From the NCBI RefSeq assembly GCF_044704955.1, contig NC_091997.1, forward strand, positions 15,190,001-15,254,000: DNA of 64,000 bases. Reading direction: 5' to 3'. The notes below the pieces were generated by a model that did not search any database, had not been told where the DNA came from, and was given only the letters and a program-made list of their open reading frames with translations. Positions within the stretch are counted from its first letter, which is position 1; each line of letters begins with the position of its first letter. The translations under genes and the position numbers were made by a program. Of the stretch, positions 49,452-61,054 are shown in pieces. This DNA comes from Pristiophorus japonicus (Eukaryota).

Positions 49452-50501
49452 GGGCCCAAATTTGGCCAGGAGTTGCTCCGGTTTTTTTTGGAGCAACTTG
49501 ATTTATCTGGAGTATCTTAAAAATCCACATTCTGCACATTTAATTTGTGCCAGTGTAAGTGAGTTAGTTAGGATTTTTTTTAGTTTAGTTCTTTTTTCAA
49601 AAGGGGCGTTACCAGCCGTTTTGGCCATTTAAGTCAGTTTAGACAGCAAATAGTTGCTCCAAACTAACTTAGGCTAGTGTATTTGGCTGCTTGTGGCCAC
49701 ACAGAATGTCTTGACTAAAGAATGTGAATAGGATCAAAGAGCTATACAGGACTGACAAACTTTGCAAAGTTAATTTACTGTACAACAGAAGCATTCATGG
49801 AAGCTTAAACTACAAAAATAAAAGAAGTAAAAAGACAAAACATATTTACATAATTTTTTCAAAATATCCAAATAAAAAATAGAAGTACCTCCTGCTCGTA
49901 AGAAAATATTTTCATCAACAGGGTTAAGGAAAGTCTTGAGTAAGCTCATTAAAATTACTGGCTACACAGTTATCACACCTCCGCCCCCCCCCCCTATCAA
50001 AACTCTCCTCTCTTCCACCCCCCCATCAAAACTCTCTCTTCCCCCCAGATCAAAACTCTCCTCCTTCCCCCCACTGCCTGATCAAAACTCTCTTCGAACT
50101 GCCCCCCCCCCCTCGATCAAAAGTCTCCCCGCCCTAACCTGTTTCTTGTAGTCCTCAGCGCGGGAAGGCAGTGGCTGGCCTGTGCGGCAGGCCCACTCGG
50201 CCCAGGATAGGGGTGGGACGCGTTGGGTCCCACGCTTCAGGCACACATCATCATCACAATCATGGGAGGAGCTACTGTGTATGCGCAAATGCTCTACTGC
50301 GCATACGGACAGCTGCCGGCACTCTTAGGCGCAGGGCCCTAACTCTGCCCCCCAATGGACTCGTCACACTGTGCTAAGCCCCGGGAGAGTCGGCAGAGGG
50401 GCCAGAATCCCGGGACATCTTCTTGCCTCCGTTTGGATCGTAGGAAGTCGGCGCATCTCACGTGAGTGCGCCAAAAAAGTGGGAGCGCCAAATTTGGGCC
50501 C
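49452..50501. mobile_element. Harbinger-type MITE related to 1137-2165
   Basis: 15-bp TIRs GGGCCCAAATTTGGC / GCCAAATTTGGGCCC; internal CCCCATCAAAACTCTC-like repeats at 49980-50135. Confidence 0.85.
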
Positions 50502-51644
50502 ATTTTGTTAGTACTGTGAGCTCTGGAGCCTGCCTGTGACAATGACTGGATCAAATTACACGTTGCAGAAATCTTGACTAATCTTCAGCAGCAGGATCAA
50601 ATTACACATAAAGACAAACTTTTGGGTGTGTCTTTTCCTCCAAGGCGACCAATCAGAAATCTGGGCTTGTCCTCCAAGGGGACCAATCAGAAATTTGGTG
50701 TTGCAAGTAGACACGACTGAGGGCCTATTGCCTGCAATACTATCCTGAAGAAATGAGTGGACCAAAAAAGAAAAGATATATCAGATTCAAGAAACCAGGC
50801 TGCAAGGCTCACTAGCCAGAATACCATTTGATGCTACTGAAAAAATGAGCAGACCTTGCAATAAGCACATTATTTATTTCTTAGTCAAGTGGAGTTAACT
50901 CCTCACTCTATGACTCAGCTTTGCAGTATATTTCATGTTATGCTAAAATGGCACCTTAAAATTGCAAAGAGCTATACTGTAATGTTAAAATATTTATACA
51001 TGGGTAAATAAGAAAAAAAATAGCACTGTCTTTACACATAGCCTGGTTTACTGTGATCAGGCATGTTAACTGAAGAAATATTCAGCCATGATTCATTACA
51101 GTTAGAATACAATGAGCCCTGATTAAAGTCTAATTAGTTTATGTCCAGCTGTCTATTAGCATTGGCAAGACTAATTTCACACAAGCCACCCAGGTTTTTT
51201 TAAACCAGTGATCAGATGTGGTGATGTGAACGTAGACAGGAACCTCCTGTTCGCACAGTTTCAACTACAGGAGAACCAAGGAAACTGTGAGGAAAATGAA
51301 AGTGACATAGAAATAAACTTCTTCGGGTAAGGAAACTACGGTGATTTTATTTATATCTTAAAGGTACAGATGTCTTTAATGTGGTTGCAGTGGTAAATAT
51401 TTCTAATGCCTTTCTATGAAGTACATTTTTTACTTTACTGTGAGCAGCACTAATTTGCAGTTACCTGAATGTTTATTCACATTAAGCAAACAAGTCAGAT
51501 GTATTCAGTTGCAAAATGTATTCCTTCTCTTTATATTTTACCCACAGGACATATATGTAACAACTCTTTCAAAAATCTGGCTAGAAACCAAATTATAAAC
51601 AATTCCTGTGAGTGACAGAAATTTCCTGGCTTCCTCTCAAGAAA

Positions 51645-54531
51645 GAAGAAAGAAAGATTTACATTTATATGGCACCTTTCATGACCACTGTACAACTCAA
51701 AGTGCTTTACAGTCAATGAAGTACTTTTTGAGTGCAGTCACTGTTGTAATGTGGGAAACGCGGTAGCCAATTTGTGCACAGCAAATTTCCACAAACAGCA
51801 ATGTGATAATGACCAGATAAACTGTTTTTGTTATGTTGGTTGAGTGATAATATTGATGATTAGGCAGTGGTCTGTCCAGCAGTCGTCAGCTCCTGTCATG
51901 GCACGTGTGATGCGCACATCCTTGTGATCCTTGGCTCGGACGATGACATAGTCCAGCAGGTGCCAGTGTTTGGAGCGAGGGTGTTGTTACGATGCCTTGT
52001 ATTTGTCCCTCTGGCGGAACAGGGTGTTGGTGATGAGGAGTTTGTGTTCTAGACATTTTATCAGGAGTAGGGTGCCGTTGGAGTTGGATTTCCCTCCTCC
52101 CTCTCTGCCAATCATGCCTCGCCAGAGGGCTGTGTCTTTGCCGACCCTAGCATTAAAGTCTCCTAGGAGGATCAATTTGTCGTCCTTGGAGACACAGGAC
52201 AGGGATGTCTCGAGGTTGGAGTAAAAACCCTCTTTAGCCTCATCCGTTGCATCGGGTGTTGGGGGCATAGGTGGTGGATGGAGAAAGCGCAGGTGATACA
52301 ACAACTAGCTGACAGCCATGACATATGAGGATTCTTCACTGCAGTCAAGGCCACCTACGGTCCAAACTGCCAAGGTCCCACCCTACTCTTGGCCGGGGAA
52401 ACGGGAAAACACTCATCAAGGACACCGAGGCTGTCAGGGCCCGCTGGAAGGAGCACTTTGAAGATCTCCTCGAGCCTTTGACTCGAGTGTTCTCAACTCC
52501 ATCCCGCTGCATGCAACCCGCCACCACCTCAGTGAAACTCCAATGCTGCAAGAGGTAGGCAAAGCCATAAAACAGCTCAAGAATAACAAGGCTACAGGTG
52601 CAGATGGAATTCCTGCTGCAGCGCTAAAATATGGCAGAGAGACGCTGTTGGCGCGGATACATGACCTCATCTCTCTCATTTGCAGGGAGGAGAGCATGCC
52701 GGGAGATCTCAGAGATGCAGTGATCGTGTCCATTTTTAAAAAGGGGAACAAATCCGACTGTGGCAACTACAGGCTATCACCACTGGGAAGGTTGTCGCTA
52801 GAGTCCTCCTCAACCGTCTTCTCCCTGTGGCCAAGGAGCTCCTCCCAGAATCGCAGTGCAGATTTCGTCCCCTACGGGGAACAACGGACATGATCTTTGC
52901 AGCACGACAACTGCAGGAAAAATGCAGGGAGCAGCGTCAGCCCTTATATATGGCCTTTTTTGATCTTACAAAGGCCTTTGACACTGTCAACCGTGAGGGC
53001 TTATGGAGCGTCCTCCTCCGTTTTGGGTGCCCCCAAAAGTCTGTCAACATCCTTCGCCTGCTCCACGACGACATGCAGGCCATGATCCTTACCAGCGGAT
53101 CCGTTACAGACCCATTCCACGTCCGAACCGGGGTCAAACAGGGCTGCGTCATCACTCCAACCCTCTTTTCTCAATCTTCCTCGCTGCCATGCTCCACCTC
53201 ACTTTCAACAAGCTCCCCGCCGGAGTGGAACTAAACTACAGAACCAGTGGGAAGCTGTTTAACCTACGCCGTCTCCAGACCAGGTCCAAGGCCACCCAAA
53301 CTTCTGTCGTTGAACTGCAGTACGCTGACGACGCCTGCTTCTGCACACATTCGGTGACTGAATTCCGGGATATAGTCGATGTATTCACCGAGGCATATGA
53401 AAGCATGGGCCTTACACTTAACATCCGTAAGACAAAGGTCCTACCACCAGTCTGTCCTCGCCGCACAGCACTAACCCCCAGTCATCAAGATTCACGGCGC
53501 GGCTCTCGACAACGTGGACTACTTCCCATACCTCGGGAGTCTCTTGTCAATAAAGGCAGACATTGATGCGGAGATTCAACATCGCCTCCAATGCACCAGT
53601 GCAGCCTTCTGCCGCCTGAAGAAGAGTGTTCGAAGACCAAGCCCTCAAACCTACCACCAAGCTCATGGTCTTTAGGGCTGTAGTAATTCCCACCCTCCTG
53701 TATGGATCAGAGGCATGGACGACTTACAGAAGACACATCAAGTCGCTGGAGATATATCACCAACGATGTCTCCGCAAGATCCTGCAAATCCCCTGGGAGG
53801 ATAGACGCATTAAGATCAGTGTCCTCACCCAGGCTAACATCCCCAGCATTGAAGCACTAACCACACTAGATCAGCTTCGCTGAGCAGGCCACTTAGTTCG
53901 CATGCTAGACACGAGACTCCCTAAGCAACTGCTATATGCGAAGCTCCTTCATGGCAAACGAGCCAAAGATGTGCAGCGGAAACGTTACAAGGACACCTTC
54001 AAAGCCTCCCTGGTGAAGTGCGACATCACCACTGGCGCGTGGGTGACCCTGGCCGAAGACCGCCCTAGGTGGAGAAAGTGCATCCGGGAGGGCGTTGAAC
54101 TCTTCGAATCTCAACGCTGCGAGTGTGAAGAGGTCAGGCCCAGGCAGCGGAAGGAGCGTGTGATAAATCAGTGCCACCCTCCACCTTCCCCCGATGAATA
54201 TCTGTCCCAACTGTGACAGGGTCTGTGGCTCTTGTTTTGAACTGTTCAGCCACCAAAGAATTCACTTCAGGAGTGGAAGCAAGTCTTCCTCGATTCCGAG
54301 TGACTGCCTATGATGATGATGATGATGTATGATAAATATTGGCCAGGACAGCGGGGATAACTCCCCTGCTCATCTTCGAAATAGTGCCATGGGATCTTTT
54401 ACATTCAGCTGAGAGAGTCGACGGGGCCTCGGTTTAATGTCGCATCCAAAAGACAGTACTCCCGACAGTGCAGCACTCCCTCAGCACTGCACTGGAGTGG
54501 GACTTGAACCCACAACCTTCTGACTCAGAGG
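51645..54531 (-). mobile_element. DeuSINE (51645-51855 plus 54330-54531), split by an RTE insertion
   Basis: Both halves align colinearly with 8272-8617; B-box-like GGACTTGAACCC near 54500. Confidence 0.88.
51856..54329 (+). mobile_element. RTE-clade LINE, 5'-truncated, with an inverted 5' segment (51856 to about 52270 on minus)
   Basis: Minus: APE motifs LILLGDFNARVG, HPRSKHWHLLDY, CWTDH. Plus: KATGADGIP, FDLTKAFDTV, TGVKQGC, LQYADD, LLYGSEAW; (TGA)n tail; TSD TGATAA(A)TATTG. Confidence 0.95.
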
Positions 54532-54579
54532 AATCCTGAACATGGAAATCGAAAGTTGATGACTATATTATTGATCTAA

Positions 54580-55645
54580 ATTAAAATTAATAGAACCCAT
54601 CATGCCTCATCTCATAGATCCAATAAAAACTCTACTCAAAGAGCTAATGATATGTCTACTCATAGAGATGATCATAACTCAACTAATAGACCCAATGATG
54701 AAGGCGATTTTAACTGTACCTGCCTGGTAGAAACCAAGGGGGTGGGGGTGCGGGTAGTGGAAATAAGCAGTTAAAATACATTAGATATTAACCACAATAT
54801 CCCGCTTAGATCCTAGAATTGCCAATTTTTACCGACTCTTCTCGACGGACACCTAAGCCGCCTGCCCAAAGTGGTGGCGTCCTTCTTTAAATGTACAGAT
54901 CAAGGTGTGATGACATCATGGGCACCTTACTGTTATTTTAACTCCGGCCTGTGCGGCGAGGCCTCTACAGCTTTCCTGCAAGGTGAAGGCCTGTCAGAAG
55001 AGGATCGGAAGCAAAATCAGCCATTCAAGATACGTTTTGTACATTCCTTTGCGGGCCCAGAAGGAGCAGGGATGCTTCTCCAAGCCCCACAATGAAAGTT
55101 TAGGTTTTTCCTGTCCCGTGCAGCCCCTTCCCTACTAGAGATGCCCAATGAATCCCCGTCCCCAAACCTACCTGAGTGCTGACCGACGGCCATGGGCCAT
55201 CCAGTTTTCCACAGGCCAGCAGACACTTCCTGCCCAAATCCGACCCAGAACAAGTGAGACCTCGAGCGGCAACATGAGGAATCCCGCTAGAGACCAGCTG
55301 AGAGTTAAAATTGACCCCAATAACTCTATTCATAGACCCAATGATAACTCAACTCATAGACCCAATGATAAATAAATTCATAGATCCAATGATAACTGAA
55401 CTCACCAACACGATTATAACCTTACTCATAGACCTATTGATACATCTGCTCATTGGCTAATGATGAATCTATTCATGGCCTTGATTACGTTCTATGCATA
55501 GATCTGATGATAGCTCCACTCACCTAATGATATCTCTACTCATTAGCTAATGATAACTATGCTCATAAATCTAATAACAAATCCACTCATAGATCTGATA
55601 ACTCTATTTATAGACCAACTGATAATTCTACTTGTAGACCTGATA
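54580..55645 (+). repeat. Degenerate 24-bp minisatellite (ACTCATAGACCCAATGATAACTCT), split by a MITE
   Basis: About 5 units at 54580-54699 and about 14 units at 55319-55645. Confidence 0.85.
54700..55318. mobile_element. Harbinger-type MITE
   Basis: TIRs GAAGGCGATTTTAACT / AGTTAAAATTGACCCC; TSD GAT/AAT (one mismatch). Confidence 0.75.
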
Positions 55646-55929
55646 AAATACACCAAAAACGTTTCCCTGCAAAGTTAGCCACTATTTCAAGAGTATTGTG
55701 CTTACGAATGCTCTGCTCTTAAGCTTCATGTTCTGAGCGGTGAATTGGGTCACAATGTTTTCTGTGCCTAAGCACAGTGCGCCTCATTATTGTTTTTCAA
55801 CCCCTTATTGGTGCATGCATTTGCGACTGCAATCTGGCTATGTGTAAGGCCAATGTTATATACCTTTTCTGATTGAGTGTATCCTGGCTTCTTTGTGTTT
55901 GTGTTTGCAATGTTTCAAACAAGAAAGAA

Positions 55930-57330
55930 AGCAAATGGTATGTTGTCCTTTATTACAAGAGGATTTCAGTATGTGTAAAGGGGGCTGAAATAGCCCCTTT
56001 CATTAAGGCCTCTTAACACCGGAAAGCGGTGGCCACACTGCGGAGAGCATTATCAAAATTCCGCTCCTGCGGTATCCCGGCAGTGATCTGCTGCCCCCCG
56101 CGCCCCCCCCCCCCACCCACTGCTCTGCTGCTCCCGATCCGTCCTAAGTGCCTCATCACAGTGCACACCGTCAATCTACTCCCCTCCCCAATGCTGAAAT
56201 TCCACCGTGAAAATCTTTGGCCCGCCCAGCGCTGCCAAAACAAGCTTTTCCCCGGTGGTCCAGAGAGGCTGAGGCCTTCTTCACTGGCAGTGCGGGAGGA
56301 CCTACTGCTGCTGCCGCCATGTTTTTTTTTTTGTCGGCCAACTGCCATGTCGGCCCGACAATTATGTCCCCGGGTTCGGCCGGGCCTTCAACAGGCAACC
56401 TGGCATCCCACTTTGATGCCAGGCCGCTGGCCCGGCTGAAACTCTCCCTGGTTGCCCAGTGAACCAAAGTTTAAAGATCGCACAGGCTCTCCTTTTTAAA
56501 TGAAGGGGAGAGCCATGGTGACGCGGCACCATGATGATGTCATCGCGGCGGCCACTCTGCACCCCTCCCAATTTCCGCCCCGCTAATGTTGTCACCGCCA
56601 CATATCCACCCCCATTAAGAGTGATCTCTGGATCAGAGTGGAAAAAAACAAAGTGGAATTTCGCTCAAGAGGCGACCTCATCCACCACGGTGGTAAAACC
56701 ATAGAAATGGAGTGCATGCGCCCCGTTTCGGGCGTGGAGCAATTTCGGCCCCAAGATCTTTCACTGCAATTATTTAGGGACCTGGTGGGACCACACCTGG
56801 AGTACTGTGTGCAGTTTTGGTCTCCTTACCTAAGGAAGGATATACTTGCCACAGAGGGAGTGCAACAAAGGTTCACCACACTGATTCCTGGTATGGTCCT
56901 ATGAGGAGAGATTGAGTAGACTAGCCCTATGTTCTCTGGAGTTTAGAAGAATGAGAGGTGATCTCATTGAAACATACAAAATTCTTACAGGGCTTGACAG
57001 GGTAGATGCAGGGAGAATGTTTTCCCTGGCTGGAGAGTCGAGAACCAAGGGTCACAGTCTCAGAATAAGGGGTCGGCCGTTTAAGACTGAGATGAGGTGA
57101 AATGTCTTCACTCAGCGGGTGGTGAATCTTTAGAATTCTCCACCCCAAAAGGCTGTCGATGTAAGTATATTCAAGACAGAGATTTTTGAATATTAAATGG
57201 AATCAAGGGATATGAGGATAGTGCAAGAAAGTGGAGTTGAGATGGAAGATCAGCCATGATGTTATTGAATGGTGGAGCAGGCTCGAGGGGCCCAATGGCA
57301 TACTCCTGCTCCTATTTCTTATGTTCTTAG
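55930..57330 (+). mobile_element. CR1 3' part (55930-55980 plus 56753-57330), split by a MITE
   Basis: KANGMLSFITRGFQY, then DLSLQLFRDLVGPHLEYCVQFWSP...; TTCTTATGTTCTTA tail. Confidence 0.88.
55981..56752. mobile_element. Harbinger-type MITE
   Basis: TIRs GGGGCTGAAATAGC / GCAATTTCGGCCCC; TSD AAG. Confidence 0.85.
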
Positions 57331-58160
57331 GTTCCCTTTTGGTCGGGTTACTTCAAATATGTTGCTAATATACAGCTTACTAAATGTTAGTAAGCAGTGT
57401 CGTTTACTGAAACGATCTTAGCTTTGAAACAAAATTACAGTTGTTTGGTTGTGGGCCAGAACATTATCGGAGCAGAATGAATTTCCTTGGCATCATGCTG
57501 CTATATGTGACCGCACCCTTGCGAGAACCTGTGCCTAAACCACATCTATATATGGAACCTCTTCAGGTCATTTATTAATGGAAACCCAAGGCACTGGATA
57601 CAAAGAAATCTTTGTACCAAACTGGAAGTGTTACATGGGTCTGACTCGAGGTTGAGTTTATTTTCTTCAAAGCCACATTACCACATTTGGCAAGAGAACT
57701 GGAAATGGATAAAATATTTGAAGCAGTTCTTGCCCCAGGACAATTTGGCATACAACGCTGTTCTGATTTTTTATTTTTACAAATCACTTTTGGATCAGCT
57801 GTGCACATATCTAAGGTGACAGCCATCGAGGTGTTTGGCAGTGATCAATAGAAGAACGACCAGAAGAAATATTTTGAAAGAAATAATATACTTATAAAGT
57901 TAAACAAATTCAGAAATTTAGAAAATACCATAAACTTAGATTAATTAAATGTGGCTGTTTTATGGGTTCTTTTGATACCATAGAATGTTATTTAAAATCT
58001 TGATTGCAGACAATATGATATGAATTTAAACACTGGCAATGTCAAGTGAGATGCGAGATTAGGGGTCTGAGATTCCAGGATGGGGAGGGGTGCAGCAGCA
58101 GTGGAATTTCTACGGTCGACGCAAGATGTTCAGAAATGAATGGAAAATATTCAAGAAAGT

Positions 58161-58335
58161 GGGGCAGATTTTAACTCTTACTACTGGGTGGAAAACGAGT
58201 GGTAACAGGAGGGATGGAATCCATACACAATGCTCAATTGAAATCAATGAAAGGAAAAGCGAGCGGGGTGTATAACAGGCGGCTGATCTGTTAGCGCCTG
58301 TTTTCTGTCGAATGGTGAAAAATAATTTCCATCCC
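58161..58335. mobile_element. Short Harbinger-type MITE
   Basis: GGGGCAGATTTT start, AATTTCCATCCC end; interior similar to 20067-20219. Confidence 0.5.
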
Positions 58336-58553
58336 AGTGAATCTGGGACCTAGGTTTGAATCCAGCTCAGGATTACATAGAATTACATAGGATATACGAT
58401 ACAGAAACAGGCCATTCGGCCCAACCAGTCCATGTCGGTGTTTATACTCCACTCGAGCCTCCTCCCATCTTTCCTCATCTAAAATTAGATGAACGTGTCC
58501 TCTCCAGAATAGTTTTGAGTTTTAAGTGAGATGACCTGGCCAGTCCCAATGCA

Positions 58554-59070
58554 GGGGTAATTGTGATGAAAGGGTGAAAATAGGTGCTAAATGGGTGCTG
58601 TGCTAATAAAAAAAATGCCTATTTGAATGTCTGGTTTTAGCATACAATTTTGGGATGAATTGCTGATTACCATAATTTGAACTTGCCTGGAGGTGCTAAA
58701 ACAGACACCTGCAGGTTTAGCGCTCAAGTGCTGATTAGATGCAATTTCCATGGAACAGTATATGTGGGCTCCTTGCATCCACTTCCACTGAGGGTGGGGA
58801 GTGCACTGGCTGACACACAGTGTCAGGTTTCAGGATGGCTCAGGGACCAAGTGAGAGGGCGCACAGTTCTTGGATGTGGCACTGGGGATCTTAGTGGAGG
58901 AGGTCCAGAGGAGGAGGGATGTCCTGTACCCACAGGAGCAATGGAAGCCACCTTTCCCTCCTGTCCCTTTCTCCAGCAATAGCTTGCGCTAATTGCGAGC
59001 TAAACTGGCATTTCCGCTCAAGGCCTCATCTTGGCCACCTCAGAGGTTTCCAGCGCCCGAAAATCGCCCC
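58554..59070. mobile_element. Harbinger-type MITE (old)
   Basis: GGGGTAATTGTGA start, CGAAAATCGCCCC end. Confidence 0.55.
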
Positions 59071-60162
59071 CTTAGTTTCCTAAAGAGTTTAGAAATGATT
59101 GGGGAATCAGTAATACACAAGCAGATTTGGACTTTAGTTCCAAACACTTGGGGTTCAAATTTAGATCCTGTGAATTCACCAGTTGTCTATGAGTAATGAA
59201 CAGTCTCTGCCAGTTGCTCACAAGTTAGACTTATCTTGCCAGGTGAAGACCCACTCCCACTCCCCGCCCCCCTAACACCACCATGTGGTGTATACTCTTA
59301 CTAAACTGCCAAGGGATTCTTCACATCTGCAGCCTCCCCTCACTAGATCTGTTAGGGATCAGATAAATGCTTTGCGTAGACCACCAGTATGCACAGAGAG
59401 AAAACAATCTGTTAGAGCAAAAACACAGATGTACAAACTGGCCATGAAACGTGCATTCACCGAACTACAATTGTCAGAAAATAAACAGGCATGCTTTTGC
59501 CTCTGACACCGATCCACATCCCAGCTTCGAAGACAGGAAACCTTTGGCCAAGATACAGAAATAGGCATTGTATATGTACAAAGGGAAATTTTAAAGGGAC
59601 GAACACAGGTTTGAATCTGGTCCAAATTAGGGCAAAGTTCACATTTTCCAAAATGCATTCACACTGGCCCAGAAAGGAAAATCAGGCGGTTTATACAACA
59701 GGAGTCTGACCAGCATCACCGGTTTTACACTCCAGCAGTTCATTGAAAATTACCCCCATTATGTTGTGATGTTGCACAGCACCCTGACAAAAACCCAAAT
59801 GAGGAATATTAGAACTTTATAGAAAGAAGTAACTTGCTTTTTAAAAAAATGGAAAATGAATGCCAAGATTCCAGAATATTGAGAGTAGTTTTCTCCCTTG
59901 TCTTCAGCCATTTATCTTTGGTTCTCATAATCCAACTATTGTCCATTGACTAGCCTCTTTATAACAGGCCAGAGGAGATTCTGCTAACAGTCATGGTTAT
60001 AATGTTTTATGCTGCAATGTGGCAGAGTTGCATGCATTAAGCAGTGTGAGCAATCACATTTCAGCACAAAGCAGGTCAGACTGCTCATTACAGCCAAGAG
60101 TAGATATTCAGTTTAAAAGTTTGCTCCACAGATTGTTATGGTTAATAAATCTTGCGTGGTGC

Positions 60163-60456
60163 ATCATCATCATCATAGGCAGTCCCTCAAAATCGAGGAA
60201 GACTTGCTTCCACTCTCCCTAGACTCCCCACCCACCCCTTCCTTCAACCACTGTCTGTCCCACCTGTGACAGAGACTGTCACAGGTGGGACAGACAGTGG
60301 TTGAAGGAAGGGGTGGGTGGGGAGTCTGGTTTGCCGCACGCTCCTTCCGCTGTCTGCGCTTGGTTTCTGTATGCTCTCGGCTACGAGACTCGAGGTGCTC
60401 AATGTCCTCCCGGATGCTCTTCCTCCACTTAGGGCAGTCTTGGGCCAGGGATTCCC
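60163..60456 (-). mobile_element. RTE LINE 3' fragment containing a perfect inverted duplication
   Basis: ESLAQDCPKWRKSIRE...CPTCD; (TGA)n tail; 10-bp TSD TGCGTGGTGC (60153-60162, 60457-60466). Confidence 0.92.
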
Positions 60457-61054
60457 TGCGTGGTGCCACATGGTTTTAATACACAATGCCGATCCTCACT
60501 TTCTTATCCAGACAATTCATATATTTTTGCTGTTGTCTCTCATTGTCTCTTCCTTCTTACTGAACCTTGTAAGGGTAAAAAGGAGGCTTCTCTCCTTCAA
60601 GGTGGATTAACTGATATAGTTAATCGACACTTCGCCCAGCTCCCATTGAATAATGACCACAGAAGTAAACAATCGGAGTGCAGCGGCATTTCAGAGTGCA
60701 AAGGTAAGAGTTTGGTAAGTGGGAGAGTTTGGGCAAGTGGGAGTGGGAGGTTTTGCTTTGTCTTATTTTCCCCACCAATGCTGACTTCCCGACCTGGGAG
60801 GGAAAGAAAATGAAGTGTGATGTCACAGCAAGAGGTTTGGGGATGTCGGAGCAGCCTATAAAGGCCAGCTGTTACAGCTGCAGCAGGAAGAGAAGGCAGA
60901 AAAGAAGTAGAAAGAAATCGAAAGGTGACGTCACAGCCAAGGGGGTAAGTGATTGTCTGGTGATTGGTGAGTAGTTTTTTCTTTTTCTTTTCTTTATCAG
61001 TAAGTAACCTTTAGCATTATGGTTGCCAAATTAAGTTAATCTAGGGGTTAAGTC

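Noticed and set aside
54580-55645. CRISPR-like array
   Set aside because: Units are head-to-tail with no unique spacers, there are no cas genes, and the context is eukaryotic.
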